Assembly (NCBI GenBank): GCA_016839805.1
Contig: JAEOTO010000032.1
Location: 1-64,000, forward strand
Direction of reading: 5' to 3'
Origin: Candidatus Hermodarchaeota archaeon
GTDB lineage: Archaea > Asgardarchaeota > Hermodarchaeia > Hermodarchaeales > Hermodarchaeaceae
DNA length: 64,000 nucleotides
Position 1 is the stretch's first letter; each line of letters opens with the position of its first letter. Position numbers and translations under genes: made by a program. Under the pieces are notes generated by a model, which saw only the letters and a program-made list of their open reading frames with translations, was not told the DNA's origin and made no database searches. Below are positions 10,453-23,973 of this stretch, piece after piece.

Positions 10453-11754
10453 TTACTTCTTCTCCTCAGTAATTTTTTGAACGATACCAACTGCAACTGT
10501 TCGACCACTGTCTCGGATTGCGAACCGCCCAAGTTGTTTCATATCTTTGTAAGTTTCGAGACAAATAGGTTGGACCGGACGCAGTTTCACTATTGCTGAG
10601 TCCCCCTGTTTGATAAAGTCGGGTTTCTCCTGTACAGTTTCACCTGTCCGTGGATCAATTTTGCTCATAATCTCAGTGAAGGTTGTAGCTACTTGAGCAG
10701 TATGAGCATGCATTACAGGTGTATATCCAGCAGCAATGGCACGTGGATGGAAGATGACAATGATTTGACCAACAAACTCAGCCGCAACGCGCGGCGGCTT
10801 GCCAACATGACCCATGACATCACCACGGCGAATTTCGCCTTTACCAATGCCACGGACGTTAAAACCAATGTTATCACCGGGTTCAGCAGTGTCCATGCGT
10901 TCATGGTGCATTTCAATGGTCTTAATTTCACCTTCCTTATTGGGGGGCATGAAGATGACCTTGTCGCCGATTTTCATTTGCCCAGTTTCTACACGACCAA
11001 CTGGTACAGTGCCTACACCCGTAATCGTGTATACATCCTGGACAGGAACACGAAGAGGTTGTTTCAACGGTTTAGGTGGTAGGGTAAATTCGTCGAGAGC
11101 CTCAAGCAAAGATGGTCCCTTGTACCATTCCATTTCCGTACTGGCTTCCGTTAAGAGGTCACCTGTCCAAGCGGACACCGGGACAAAGTGAACTTTGCTG
11201 GGGTCAAATTGTGCACCTTTCAGTAGATCTGAAACTTCTGCCTTGATCTCCTCGTATCGATCCTGAGACCATTTTGGCGTCGAGTCGTCCATCTTATTGA
11301 CGGCTACAACAAGCTGTTCGATGCCCAGAGTGCGTGCGAGGAAAGCGTGCTCGCGCGTCTGACCACCAGCACTCACGCCAGCTTCAAACTCACCCTTACG
11401 CGCTGAAACAACTAGAATAGCAGCATCAGCTTGACTAGCCCCGGTGATCATGTTCTTGATGAAGTCAGCGTGACCCGGGGCGTCAATGATCGTGAAGTAG
11501 TGCTTCTGGGTCTCAAATCGCCGGAACGCGAGATCAATGGTCAGTCCGCGTTCTCGCTCTTCTTTGAGACGATCCATCACGTAAGCGAACTTGAAGGATC
11601 CTCGATCCATCTCCTGGGCCAGCTTCTCGAGCTTTGTCATTTCCTGTTTGGATAATGCTCCCGTCTTGAAGAGCATGTGTCCCATCAATGTTGATTTCCC
11701 ATGGTCAACATGGCCAACAATGATGAGATTGATGTGAGGTTTCTTTCCAGACAT
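10453..11754 (-). CDS. tuf: Elongation factor 1-alpha
   Basis: GHVDHGKST, EERERGLTID, DAPGH, NKMD. Confidence 0.98.
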   Translation of the reverse strand: MSGKKPHINLIIVGHVDHGKSTLMGHMLFKTGALSKQEMTKLEKLAQEMDRGSFKFAYVMDRLKEERERGLTIDLAFRRFETQKHYFTIIDAPGHADFIKNMITGASQADAAILVVSARKGEFEAGVSAGGQTREHAFLARTLGIEQLVVAVNKMDDSTPKWSQDRYEEIKAEVSDLLKGAQFDPSKVHFVPVSAWTGDLLTEASTEMEWYKGPSLLEALDEFTLPPKPLKQPLRVPVQDVYTITGVGTVPVGRVETGQMKIGDKVIFMPPNKEGEIKTIEMHHERMDTAEPGDNIGFNVRGIGKGEIRRGDVMGHVGKPPRVAAEFVGQIIVIFHPRAIAAGYTPVMHAHTAQVATTFTEIMSKIDPRTGETVQEKPDFIKQGDSAIVKLRPVQPICLETYKDMKQLGRFAIRDSGRTVAVGIVQKITEEKK

Positions 11755-11913
11755 TGTATGTTCAGCTCACTTTAGTTAAGCTGGCTTTAGCAAGTTCAAG
11801 GGGTTTCAGCGCTCGATATAAAACTCTTTTGGCATTGTTGCTTTAAGCAGTTTGAGGGCTTCTACTGAATATCAGATGCCATAGGAATGTTGTGACTGAA
11901 TAAAAAAAGGGGA

Positions 11914-12552
11914 TTAGCGTGCTGAGAGAGCCATTCGTTCTTTTTCTTCGCGTCGACGAACAGCATTGCTGCGGGAGTCACGATTGGCAGCAGCTATGAG
12001 CTCATCAGCGATAGCTTCTTGGACAGTTTCAATAGTGCTAAAGCTGCGACGCCAAATGCTTTCGGAAATGAATCGGAGAGCAAGATCAATGCGCCGTAAG
12101 GGAGCGACATCACATGCTGTATGATAGCTAATTCCACCATAGGAAATACGGGTTGTTTCTTCTCGTGGAGCGGCATTTTCGATAGCTTGAATGAGGATTT
12201 GAATGGGATTTTGTCCAGTCCGTAAGTGGATGACTTCAAAGGCTGATCGAACCAAACGGATGGCTGTGGATTTCTTCCCAGCAATGAGTCCAGCTTGCCG
12301 AGCACCTTGACTTCGTCGACGTGCCCAACCTGGGGTCATTAACCGATTTATGAACCGTTCAACGATTGGAATGTTCTTCTTTCCGAATCTGCGATGTTCG
12401 TGTCGACCAAAAGTGTGAGGAATTATTACCGGTTGAAGGCTGATGTACTTAGCAAGCCCAGGATCACTTACTTGAACGTCTTTCGTGCTCCAGCGGCCAA
12501 AGACTTTGATTTCTGATGTGAGTGTTGTTTCCGGTGTAGGTTCAGTGGACAA
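11914..12552 (-). CDS. rps7: Ribosomal protein uS7
   Basis: ENAAPREETTRISYGG, DVAPLRRIDLAL. Confidence 0.97.
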   Translation of the reverse strand: MSTEPTPETTLTSEIKVFGRWSTKDVQVSDPGLAKYISLQPVIIPHTFGRHEHRRFGKKNIPIVERFINRLMTPGWARRRSQGARQAGLIAGKKSTAIRLVRSAFEVIHLRTGQNPIQILIQAIENAAPREETTRISYGGISYHTACDVAPLRRIDLALRFISESIWRRSFSTIETVQEAIADELIAAANRDSRSNAVRRREEKERMALSAR

Positions 12553-12574
12553 AGTGATTTTACACCTCGTGATG

Positions 12575-13018
12575 TTAGCGTTGTGGTTTTTCGACTTTAC
12601 CGATAATCATTGCTTCGAGGGAGGCGCCGTTACATTTGACGACTTTCCAACGAACTCCAGGTAAGTCACCCATTGCCCGACCACGAGAGCCACCGATACC
12701 TTCAACTATGACTTCGTCGTGTTCATCGACATAAGTGAGTGCTCCATCACCAGGAAGAAATGCAGTGATTTGTCGGCCATTCCGGATTAATTGGACTCGG
12801 ACGCATTTTCGAATCGCAGAGTTAGGTTGTTTAGATTCGATACCAACCTTTTCGAGCACAATAGCTCGTGCTTGTGGACTTCCTTCCAGTGGATCAGCCT
12901 TAACGTCGAGCCGAAGCATTCGTCTTTTATAATAACGATCTTTCCAGCGATGCTTCTTACGTTTCTTCTTAAGTTTTCGTGCTGCAAATTCTCCTGATGG
13001 TGATTTCGATCCAGGCAA
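12575..13018 (-). CDS. rps12: Ribosomal protein uS12
   Basis: [27 protein letters not shown]. Confidence 0.97.
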   Translation of the reverse strand: MPGSKSPSGEFAARKLKKKRKKHRWKDRYYKRRMLRLDVKADPLEGSPQARAIVLEKVGIESKQPNSAIRKCVRVQLIRNGRQITAFLPGDGALTYVDEHDEVIVEGIGGSRGRAMGDLPGVRWKVVKCNGASLEAMIIGKVEKPQR

Positions 13019-13233
13019 TCTGATTTTACCTCATGAATTGTAGGGATGCTGCGATTCCGTGAAATCCTTTAAAACTCTTCCGTTCTCCTAAGCCATCGAA
13101 AATCTGATGATTCACTCCGATAATCCTGTTTCATTGACAGCGATTCAAGGAATTAGAAGGTTGATTCAGGTAAGAATAAAGAGATCGAATTAAGCCGAAT
13201 GATTGCCTCCATCTATCGGCTTGGTGAGAGTAT

Positions 13234-13689
13234 TTAGGGAGATTCCGGTTCGGTAATGATGATTGTGTCAATGCCATGATGGCGTTTTGCTAAAAGCCGG
13301 GCCCGTTCAATATTTCGCCCATTTCTTCCTATTACTCGCCCACGATTCTCATTTTTAACTGTGACCACGGCTACGCGCCGTCCCTTCGACTGTTCTTGCA
13401 CATTGACTGTTGTAACTTTGGCTGGTGCTAAGGCGCTACGAACAAATGCTTCAGGTGTTTCAGCATGCTCAACAACATCAATGTCGCGTTTAAGGATTGT
13501 CCGAGCTCGTTTGATGGTAGCCCCGCGTTTACCGATAGCAATACCAAGATGCCCTAGACCGACTACAAATATGATACGTGAGCCATCTTGATCGACTATG
13601 CAGTCTTTTACTTCAGCGCCTGTGATATCACTAAATAGCGCCATCAGCTTGATTTCTTCCATGTTGAGTTTAATATCCGATGTTGTCAC
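13234..13689 (-). CDS. nusA: Archaeal NusA (two KH domains)
   Basis: GIAIGKRG and VIGRNGRNI KH motifs; located between rpl30e and rps12. Confidence 0.93.
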   Translation of the reverse strand: MTTSDIKLNMEEIKLMALFSDITGAEVKDCIVDQDGSRIIFVVGLGHLGIAIGKRGATIKRARTILKRDIDVVEHAETPEAFVRSALAPAKVTTVNVQEQSKGRRVAVVTVKNENRGRVIGRNGRNIERARLLAKRHHGIDTIIITEPESP

Positions 13690-13997
13690 TTTTTGCCAGC
13701 CCCAGTCAAGGCAGCAATATCAGCATCACCCGGATCTAAGACGGCCATGGCAGCTACCATATGAGGACGTCCACATACTTGTCCCAAATCCCAACTATTA
13801 CTCCGATATGTATGAATAGGAACATCTCTCGCTTTTGAGAGCATATCCACTTCATTCATGATTGCAGGTGGTGTGTTCGCCGCAAGCACCACCACACGTG
13901 GAGAACCAGTTCGAAGTAAATGTAGAGTTCGTTTGGCACCAAATACTGTTTTGCCAGATTTCACAGCCAATCGAATTGCAGTTTCAGCATCCATCAA
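13686..13997 (-). CDS. rpl30e: Ribosomal protein eL30
   Basis: AVKSGKTVFG, LGQVCGRPH, VLDPGDADI. Confidence 0.95.
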   Translation of the reverse strand: MMDAETAIRLAVKSGKTVFGAKRTLHLLRTGSPRVVVLAANTPPAIMNEVDMLSKARDVPIHTYRSNSWDLGQVCGRPHMVAAMAVLDPGDADIAALTGAGKK

Positions 13998-14204
13998 TGA
14001 CCCACTCTTTCAAACCATATTTACAATACACAGTTACATCGTGTTACGAAGGTTGCGCCACACCATCGCATATAAGAGCTACGGAAGGTAGTAACACGAC
14101 CAGCAGAATTCTAATAATCCCTTTTAAGTTCTATGCACACCCCGCTAAACCATTAAACATTAGTGACATAATATTTTTGAGAAGATCTTGGATTTCTGCC
14201 AATC

Positions 14205-18067
<3,863 letters not shown>

Positions 18068-18089
18068 GATAACCTCCTTTCATGTAACA

Positions 18090-21000
18090 TTATGTTCGGT
18101 CTGCTAACTTCAAACGAGGCCATATGCCGAGAGACATAAGTTCTTGAATAACTAGTTTGAAAGCATATGACATCTCAACTTTGCTGATAGTCGTGGTTTT
18201 AGGTGTGCAAACCCGACACCGATACCGATCTCGGTTTCGGTCGTATTCAGCAAGCATTCCACATTCTTCACAGACCATTGCAGTGTATTTATCAGATTCC
18301 TCCAAGAGTCGTTCGCGTAAAAGTAGGGCGGCTCCATGGCCAATTAGGCAGTCGCGTTCCATTTCTCCAAAACGCAACCCACCCTCCCGAGCACGACCTT
18401 CAGTGGGTTGGCGTGTTAATATTTGAACGGGACCACGAGCTCGTGCATGCATCTTATCCGCGACGAGATGATGAAGTTTTTGATAGTAAACGACCCCAAC
18501 AAAGAGATCGACATTGTATTTGTGCCCGGTGACACCGTTATACATGGTTTCACGGCCACTGAATTTGAAGCCCAAGTCATGAAGCTCCTTGAACATATCC
18601 TCAAGTTTTTTACCCGAGAAAGGCGTGGCATCAAGTGAGTGCCCTTGCATACACCCAATTTTTCCACCCATTGATTCAAGGATTTGACCAAGAGTCATCC
18701 GACTGGGAAAGGCATGAGCGTTAACAACCAGATCGGGAACAATGCCAGTTTCAGTGAATGGCATATCTTCTTGTGGCGCTAGTAAGCCAATAACACCTTT
18801 TTGACCATGGCGGCTAGCGAATTTATCACCTAATTCCGGGATCCGTTCATCACGGACTTTCACCTTCACGAGCCGGTTGCCATCAATAGTCTCTGAGATT
18901 AGGACCTTGTCAATCGTTCCTTCTTCACCATGGCGTAAACTAACCGATGTCTCTCGACGTTTTGGTCCGGGAACTTCTAACTCAGTATATTCTTCTAAGA
19001 ACCTTGGTGGACTGGTTCGTCCAATAAGAATCTCATCTCCACCAACCTGAAATTCTGGTTCAATAATACCGTCTTCGCTTAGTAATCGATAGGCTTCAGA
19101 CGCTCGATATCCACGCACTTCACGGCTTGGGATTTCAAATTTATCTTCTTGACCACCTGGATATTTGCGTTCTTCTGCGTCATAGCACCTGAAGAAGGAG
19201 GATCGAGCAATACCTCTTTCAATAGAGGCTTTGTTAATCACCAAAGCGTCTTCGATGTTATAACCTTGGAAGGAATGAATAGCCACAATGAAGTTCTGAC
19301 CGGCAGGTCGTCTATGGTATCCAATTACCTCCATTGGTCGTGTTGTAACGATTGGACTTTGCACGTAGTGAAGGAGATGGCTTCGTGTATCCACCCGAAG
19401 ACCGAAGTTAGCTGAATAAAGACCCAGGGCTTGTTTTGCCATTCCCGCCTCATAGGTGTTACGAGGTGATTGATTGTGTTCGGCAAATGGTACAAGTGCT
19501 GCTGTCATCCCGAGAATTGTTTCAGGCACGATCTCCAGATGGGTGTGTTCAGGCGTCAATTCCGGAGGTGTTAAAGCAATCAGTGTGTTTTCTTCTTCCT
19601 CTGCATCAAGGTATTCAATAATTCCAGCTTTAACGAGGTCTTCCCAAGTGAGTTCCCGGTTACGAACACGTTCCACATGTTGTTTTTCAAGAAGCGGAGT
19701 TCCACCTTTTACGATTATAAGCGGACGGCGAACCCGTCCGGCATCGGAATTGATCTGAACCTCGTTAGTATCGGGGTAAAAAGCAATATTGACCTGATCA
19801 CTAAGTTCACTTCTCTGACGGCGATCGCGAAGCCGTGTTACTAATAATTCAGGTTGTGAATGGGTCCCCACGAATCGTCCGTTCAAATAAACATAGGCAC
19901 CTTTAGGTTGTTCTTTTGATTTGGTATCTATCGTTTGGATTTTTAGAGAAAGTAAGGCCTCTTCAACTTCCGATTCATTGGAGCCAACTGATATGAAGGA
20001 CATTAATGCGAGATTTTTCACGAGCCCACAATTGGGACCTTCAGGTGTTTCATTTGGACAGATTTTTCCCCAATGTGTGGGATGAAGGTCACGTGCTTCG
20101 AAGTGAGGTTGGCTCCGACTTAAGGGAGAAACGACGCGGCGTAAATGGCTCAGTGAGGACATGTAATTTACACGATCAAGAAGTTGGCTGACACCAGCTT
20201 TTCCACCAACCCAATTACCAGTGGCTAGTGCATGTCGTAGTCGTTCGGTGATGACATCGGCGCGAACAGCTGTTTTGATATTGGGTGTTCGTCCTCGTGT
20301 CGCAGTTCGTTCTAGCTGATATTTGATATCGCGGCAGAGATTGAGAAAAGCTACACGGAACAGACTTGTAAGTAAGTCTCCTGCCAACTTCAATCGCTTG
20401 TTGGCATAATGGTCCTTATCATCTTGCTCACGTTGATCAACACTGAGTTCCAAGAGTCGTTGAGTCATTTGACCTACGTAATGTGCTTTAGCCATTGCAG
20501 ATCCTGAATCAGTCCCGATATGAGGAAGGAGATATCTATTGAGAACTTGCTCAGCGCGTCGTAAACGATAATCTTTCGTTTGTCCAACAGCAACACGTTT
20601 TCCAATGTAATCTAGAGCATTTTCACGGGTTGCCTTGGAATCTTTGGGAACTACTAGGGACTCAGCTGCATGAAAACTTGGTATTAATTCCTGGGCTAAT
20701 GATGGATCATCTGTAATTGTAGCAACGACTTCTCGGTCAGTTACCAATCCTAGGGCTCGCATTAACACTACAAGAGGAATTTTACCAGGGACTGATGGGA
20801 AGGACACCCGGAAAGTATGATCCGTACGCCGTTCCATCGTTACAGGGGCACGGAATCCTCGGGCGGTAGAAAAAACTTTGGCCATATGAGTGCATGCACT
20901 ACTGCTAGTAGCTTCTTCGATAAGAATTCGATTTGGTGCTAGATCTTCCTGAGTAACCAGGACCCGTTCTGATCCATTGATGATAAAATATCCACCGGGA

Positions 21001-21458
21001 TCATTCGGGTCTTCTCCAGCCTCAACCAGGTCTTCAGGAGTCATTGCCGAAAGCCGACAAAACGCTGACTTAAGCATTATCGGGAGACGCCCAACATAAA
21101 CACTAGTAGTTTCCTCATCATATTCCATACCCGTTTTCTTGTCTCGATATACCGGTGTCATTTCAAGATAAATGGGAGATGAATATGTGAGGTTACGAAT
21201 TCTAGCCTCAGCGGGGGCGATATTACGAACGGAGCCATCGGCTTCACGGACCGAAGGATTCTGGATTTCCACACGCCCTAACCGCACAAAATAATCCTTA
21301 TCAGGAATGTCAGGCTCGATTTTACCAACATCGCTAATAATTTGTTGAAGACGCCGTTCAACAAAGTCATTATATGAATCCAGATGCTGGCGTACCAATC
21401 CCTTCGAAATAAAAAAGGATTTCATAACTGCCCAACGGTCTTCAGATGTAAGTACCAT
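18090..21458 (-). CDS. rpoB: RNA polymerase subunit B (unsplit Rpo2)
   Basis: ETPEGPNCGLVKN, GDKFASRHGQKG, GGLRFGEMERD; single 1122-aa chain. Confidence 0.98.
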   Translation of the reverse strand: MVLTSEDRWAVMKSFFISKGLVRQHLDSYNDFVERRLQQIISDVGKIEPDIPDKDYFVRLGRVEIQNPSVREADGSVRNIAPAEARIRNLTYSSPIYLEMTPVYRDKKTGMEYDEETTSVYVGRLPIMLKSAFCRLSAMTPEDLVEAGEDPNDPGGYFIINGSERVLVTQEDLAPNRILIEEATSSSACTHMAKVFSTARGFRAPVTMERRTDHTFRVSFPSVPGKIPLVVLMRALGLVTDREVVATITDDPSLAQELIPSFHAAESLVVPKDSKATRENALDYIGKRVAVGQTKDYRLRRAEQVLNRYLLPHIGTDSGSAMAKAHYVGQMTQRLLELSVDQREQDDKDHYANKRLKLAGDLLTSLFRVAFLNLCRDIKYQLERTATRGRTPNIKTAVRADVITERLRHALATGNWVGGKAGVSQLLDRVNYMSSLSHLRRVVSPLSRSQPHFEARDLHPTHWGKICPNETPEGPNCGLVKNLALMSFISVGSNESEVEEALLSLKIQTIDTKSKEQPKGAYVYLNGRFVGTHSQPELLVTRLRDRRQRSELSDQVNIAFYPDTNEVQINSDAGRVRRPLIIVKGGTPLLEKQHVERVRNRELTWEDLVKAGIIEYLDAEEEENTLIALTPPELTPEHTHLEIVPETILGMTAALVPFAEHNQSPRNTYEAGMAKQALGLYSANFGLRVDTRSHLLHYVQSPIVTTRPMEVIGYHRRPAGQNFIVAIHSFQGYNIEDALVINKASIERGIARSSFFRCYDAEERKYPGGQEDKFEIPSREVRGYRASEAYRLLSEDGIIEPEFQVGGDEILIGRTSPPRFLEEYTELEVPGPKRRETSVSLRHGEEGTIDKVLISETIDGNRLVKVKVRDERIPELGDKFASRHGQKGVIGLLAPQEDMPFTETGIVPDLVVNAHAFPSRMTLGQILESMGGKIGCMQGHSLDATPFSGKKLEDMFKELHDLGFKFSGRETMYNGVTGHKYNVDLFVGVVYYQKLHHLVADKMHARARGPVQILTRQPTEGRAREGGLRFGEMERDCLIGHGAALLLRERLLEESDKYTAMVCEECGMLAEYDRNRDRYRCRVCTPKTTTISKVEMSYAFKLVIQELMSLGIWPRLKLADRT

Positions 21459-21725
21459 ATTCCACCCTCAGAGACGATTCTGCTCAATATGCGACGGGAA
21501 TCTCACCCTCACCAGACGGCATCATACTTCCATGAGCCCATATAGCTAAAGCCCGCATGAGAAACTTAGAATCCTTTGCCCTATGAACCAGAGCGGGTAC
21601 ATCGTCTCATTAGCAATTTTTGCCCAGGCAGAAACATGCGGCGCCAAACCAGCCGTCGCTCCAGCGAAGCATACCGTCTGCGGAGTTAAGGCGACAATGT
21701 ACAAACGCCTTTTTAAGCTTTCGAT
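21459..21725 (-). promoter_or_regulatory. Putative BRE/TATA promoter and ~230-nt structured 5' leader of rpoB
   Basis: CGAAAGCTTAAAAA on the minus strand near 21710-21723; several long-range complementary blocks in 21471-21680. Confidence 0.5.
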
Positions 21726-21737
21726 TAAACATTGCAG

Positions 21738-21860
21738 GTTTCGATTAAACACTTCGTGAGCTACCCCGTCTTTGCAGATGAGGTTTCCTGCTTCATCGTT
21801 TCAGCCAGTGCTGACAGCTCCACAGGCTCTTCCCGAGGCTCCCTCGGTGCCATGACGGAC
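21738..21860 (-). ncRNA. Predicted omegaRNA/right end of TnpB-1; scaffold ends ...GGGGTAGCTCAC (21756), guide GAAGTGTTTAATCGAAAC follows
   Basis: Hairpin plus TCAC terminus overlapping the stop codon is typical of IS200/605 right ends; 5' boundary approximate. Confidence 0.65.
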
Positions 21861-22975
21861 CGAAGTCCTATCATCTTGATATTTTTTGCAGCATTGATGT
21901 CCCGATCATGATGAGTTCTACATTCTGTGCAAACCCATTCACGATCTGCAATTTGAAGCGCGGTATTCTTGAATCCGCAAGTTGAACATAGCTTGCTAGT
22001 TGACTCAAAGCGTCCAATCTCGATTAAAGTCACGCCATGCATTTCGGCTTTATCTTTCAACATCCGAAGAAAGCTAGACCATGCCGCGTCTGAGATTTGT
22101 CTTGCCAGCTTTCTGTTACTCATCATACCTCGAACATTCAAACTCTCTACTATAATCGCTTGGTTCTCGCGAATTAGTCGTGTAGATAGTTTTTGTTGAA
22201 AGTCCATTCGCTGATTGGTAATGCGTTCGTAGCATTGAGCTAGCCTGTGTCTTGCCTTCTCTCGGTTTTTCGAGCCTTTCTTCTTTTTGCTTAACCTTTG
22301 GTGTAGACAGCGTAACCTTTTGAGCGCATGCTGAATCGGTCTGGGATTTCCGATTTTCTCACCAGTGGATAGTGTAGCATAGGAAGTGAGTCCGACATCA
22401 ATTCCAACTGAACCCTGTGTGGTGACCAAGCTCTTCTCAGGAGGTTGTTTCCCATCCTCTACAACGATACAAATGAAGAACTTACCCGTGTTAGTAGAAA
22501 CGATTATACATTCTTTCGGATTGCCCGTGAACCTTCGATGGAAGACGGCCTTTACTTTCCCAATTTTAGGAAGACGCACTCTTCGAGCTTCAAAGTCAAC
22601 CTTAAAATTAGGGACAACAAAGGACTGACGATGAGCTTTTCTCCTCTTGAACTTAGGATATCCAGGGTTCTCACCAAGCTTTACTCGCCGAAAGAAGTGT
22701 TGATATGCTAGAACTACCCGCTTAACAGCATGTATAAGAGACTGCGAGTAGGCTTCCTTCAGAAAAAGATTGGCTTGTTTCAGACTTGTGAGTAAATAGT
22801 TTAATTCGTACCAGCTGAGACATTTACCATCAGCCTCATAGGCATGTTTCTTCCTTTCGAGAGCCCAATTATAGACGAACCGACAAGCATCGATATTTTT
22901 TCGAATTTGTTCACGCTGAACCTTATTCGGGTATAGGCGATACCGGTAGGTCCGCAGCATATAATTACGTTCCAC
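21761..22975 (-). CDS. tnpB: TnpB, IS200/IS605 type, with no tnpA nearby
   Basis: YRYRLYP N-terminus, GYPKFK, RuvC GIDVG / VESL / DRDINAA, CxxC..CxxC zinc finger. Confidence 0.95.
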   Translation of the reverse strand: MERNYMLRTYRYRLYPNKVQREQIRKNIDACRFVYNWALERKKHAYEADGKCLSWYELNYLLTSLKQANLFLKEAYSQSLIHAVKRVVLAYQHFFRRVKLGENPGYPKFKRRKAHRQSFVVPNFKVDFEARRVRLPKIGKVKAVFHRRFTGNPKECIIVSTNTGKFFICIVVEDGKQPPEKSLVTTQGSVGIDVGLTSYATLSTGEKIGNPRPIQHALKRLRCLHQRLSKKKKGSKNREKARHRLAQCYERITNQRMDFQQKLSTRLIRENQAIIVESLNVRGMMSNRKLARQISDAAWSSFLRMLKDKAEMHGVTLIEIGRFESTSKLCSTCGFKNTALQIADREWVCTECRTHHDRDINAAKNIKMIGLRSVMAPREPREEPVELSALAETMKQETSSAKTG

Positions 22976-23027
22976 AGGTAGCTATTTGAAGTCCTTGATT
23001 CGTACCTGCTTCACGCAAAAGGAAAAG

Positions 23028-23165
23028 TGGCGCCCGCTCCGGGATTCGAACCCGAGTCCTAGGAGATCCGCAAATCTATGAATCATCATAGACCGTTGAC
23101 AGTCCCAGATGATAAACCTGGCTTCGTGTTCGCGCCAAAATGGCAACGAAATACACTAAGCGGGC
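23028..23165 (-). tRNA. tRNA-Asp(GTC) with two introns (~14/15 and 37/38)
   Basis: GCCCGCT/AGCGGGC acceptor stem, CT-GTC-A loop; BHB-like junctions restore the cloverleaf. Confidence 0.88.
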
Positions 23166-23239
23166 CCTTGTGTTTTTGTGAGAATTACATTGCGTGATTT
23201 AAAGGTTCCTCTGGTCTGAGTTACTTGTTCGGAAGGATA

Positions 23240-23371
23240 TGGTCCCGGCGCCCGGATTTGAACCAGGAACCATCTGGTATCTGCGTTGGTTGACACCGGG
23301 TCATTGCCATATGGCTCAGGGTGCGGTGGTTACCTACAGCCAGACGCTCTACCAGGTTGAGCTACGCCGGG
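23240..23371 (-). tRNA. tRNA-Tyr(GTA) with canonical intron
   Basis: C1-G72 CCCGGCG/CGCCGGG acceptor stem, TCTGG-CT-GTA-G...A-CCAGA anticodon arm. Confidence 0.9.
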
Positions 23372-23414
23372 ATGGTGCGAAAAGTAGCTTTGGTTGAGTA
23401 GCTTATAAGAGTTT

Positions 23415-23903
23415 TCAAAGGATTTCATGGAATATCTGGGTTAGGGTGTCAATGATTGATTGTGCAGCAACTTTTACAGGTTTAGAGAAAGGTTGGGCGA
23501 ATTCGTCCGTGAAGGGCTGGATGCCAAGAATTAGGATTGTGGTTGTGATACTATTTTCGATGTATTCAATGAAGAAGGTGAGGGGAAGTTGGTGTGATGA
23601 GAAGGCAATGCCTCCGATTGAGGTTTTATCTATTAAACGAATTGTTCCGGGTTCGGCTTGCATGAGAGCAGCGTCAATGAGTAGAATGAAAGAAGGATTC
23701 GAGTCGATGAGGTGGGTAATGAAGTTTTCAGGCACAGTACTGGCGTTAATTAATTCTATATTTGGTGGATTAAGAGCTTGAAGGTGGTCTATAATGTAGG
23801 GTCCGATACCATCATCAGCTTTCATGTCGTTGCCAATTCCGACGATTACACTTTTGTTTGATTTCTTGAAGGTGGTTTTAAGTTGTTGCTGCCAGGATTG
23901 CAT
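23415..23903 (-). CDS. Hydrogenase maturation protease (HycI-like)
   Basis: VGIGNDMKADDGIG, VPEN, IDAA, SSHQLPL; start trimmed to ATG 23903 to avoid overlap with endA. Confidence 0.88.
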   Translation of the reverse strand: MQSWQQQLKTTFKKSNKSVIVGIGNDMKADDGIGPYIIDHLQALNPPNIELINASTVPENFITHLIDSNPSFILLIDAALMQAEPGTIRLIDKTSIGGIAFSSHQLPLTFFIEYIENSITTTILILGIQPFTDEFAQPFSKPVKVAAQSIIDTLTQIFHEIL

Positions 23904-23973
23904 TGTATTTTTGGAGACGGGAAGAATGTTATATAGCTTCGCCTCTTTTCGGTTCAGTAAGTGGTGAAGGATT

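Noticed and set aside
21546-21752. 68-aa ORF upstream of rpoB as RpoH
   Set aside because: No RpoH motifs (HxLVPKH, LPxIxxxDP); it overlaps the predicted promoter and structured leader.
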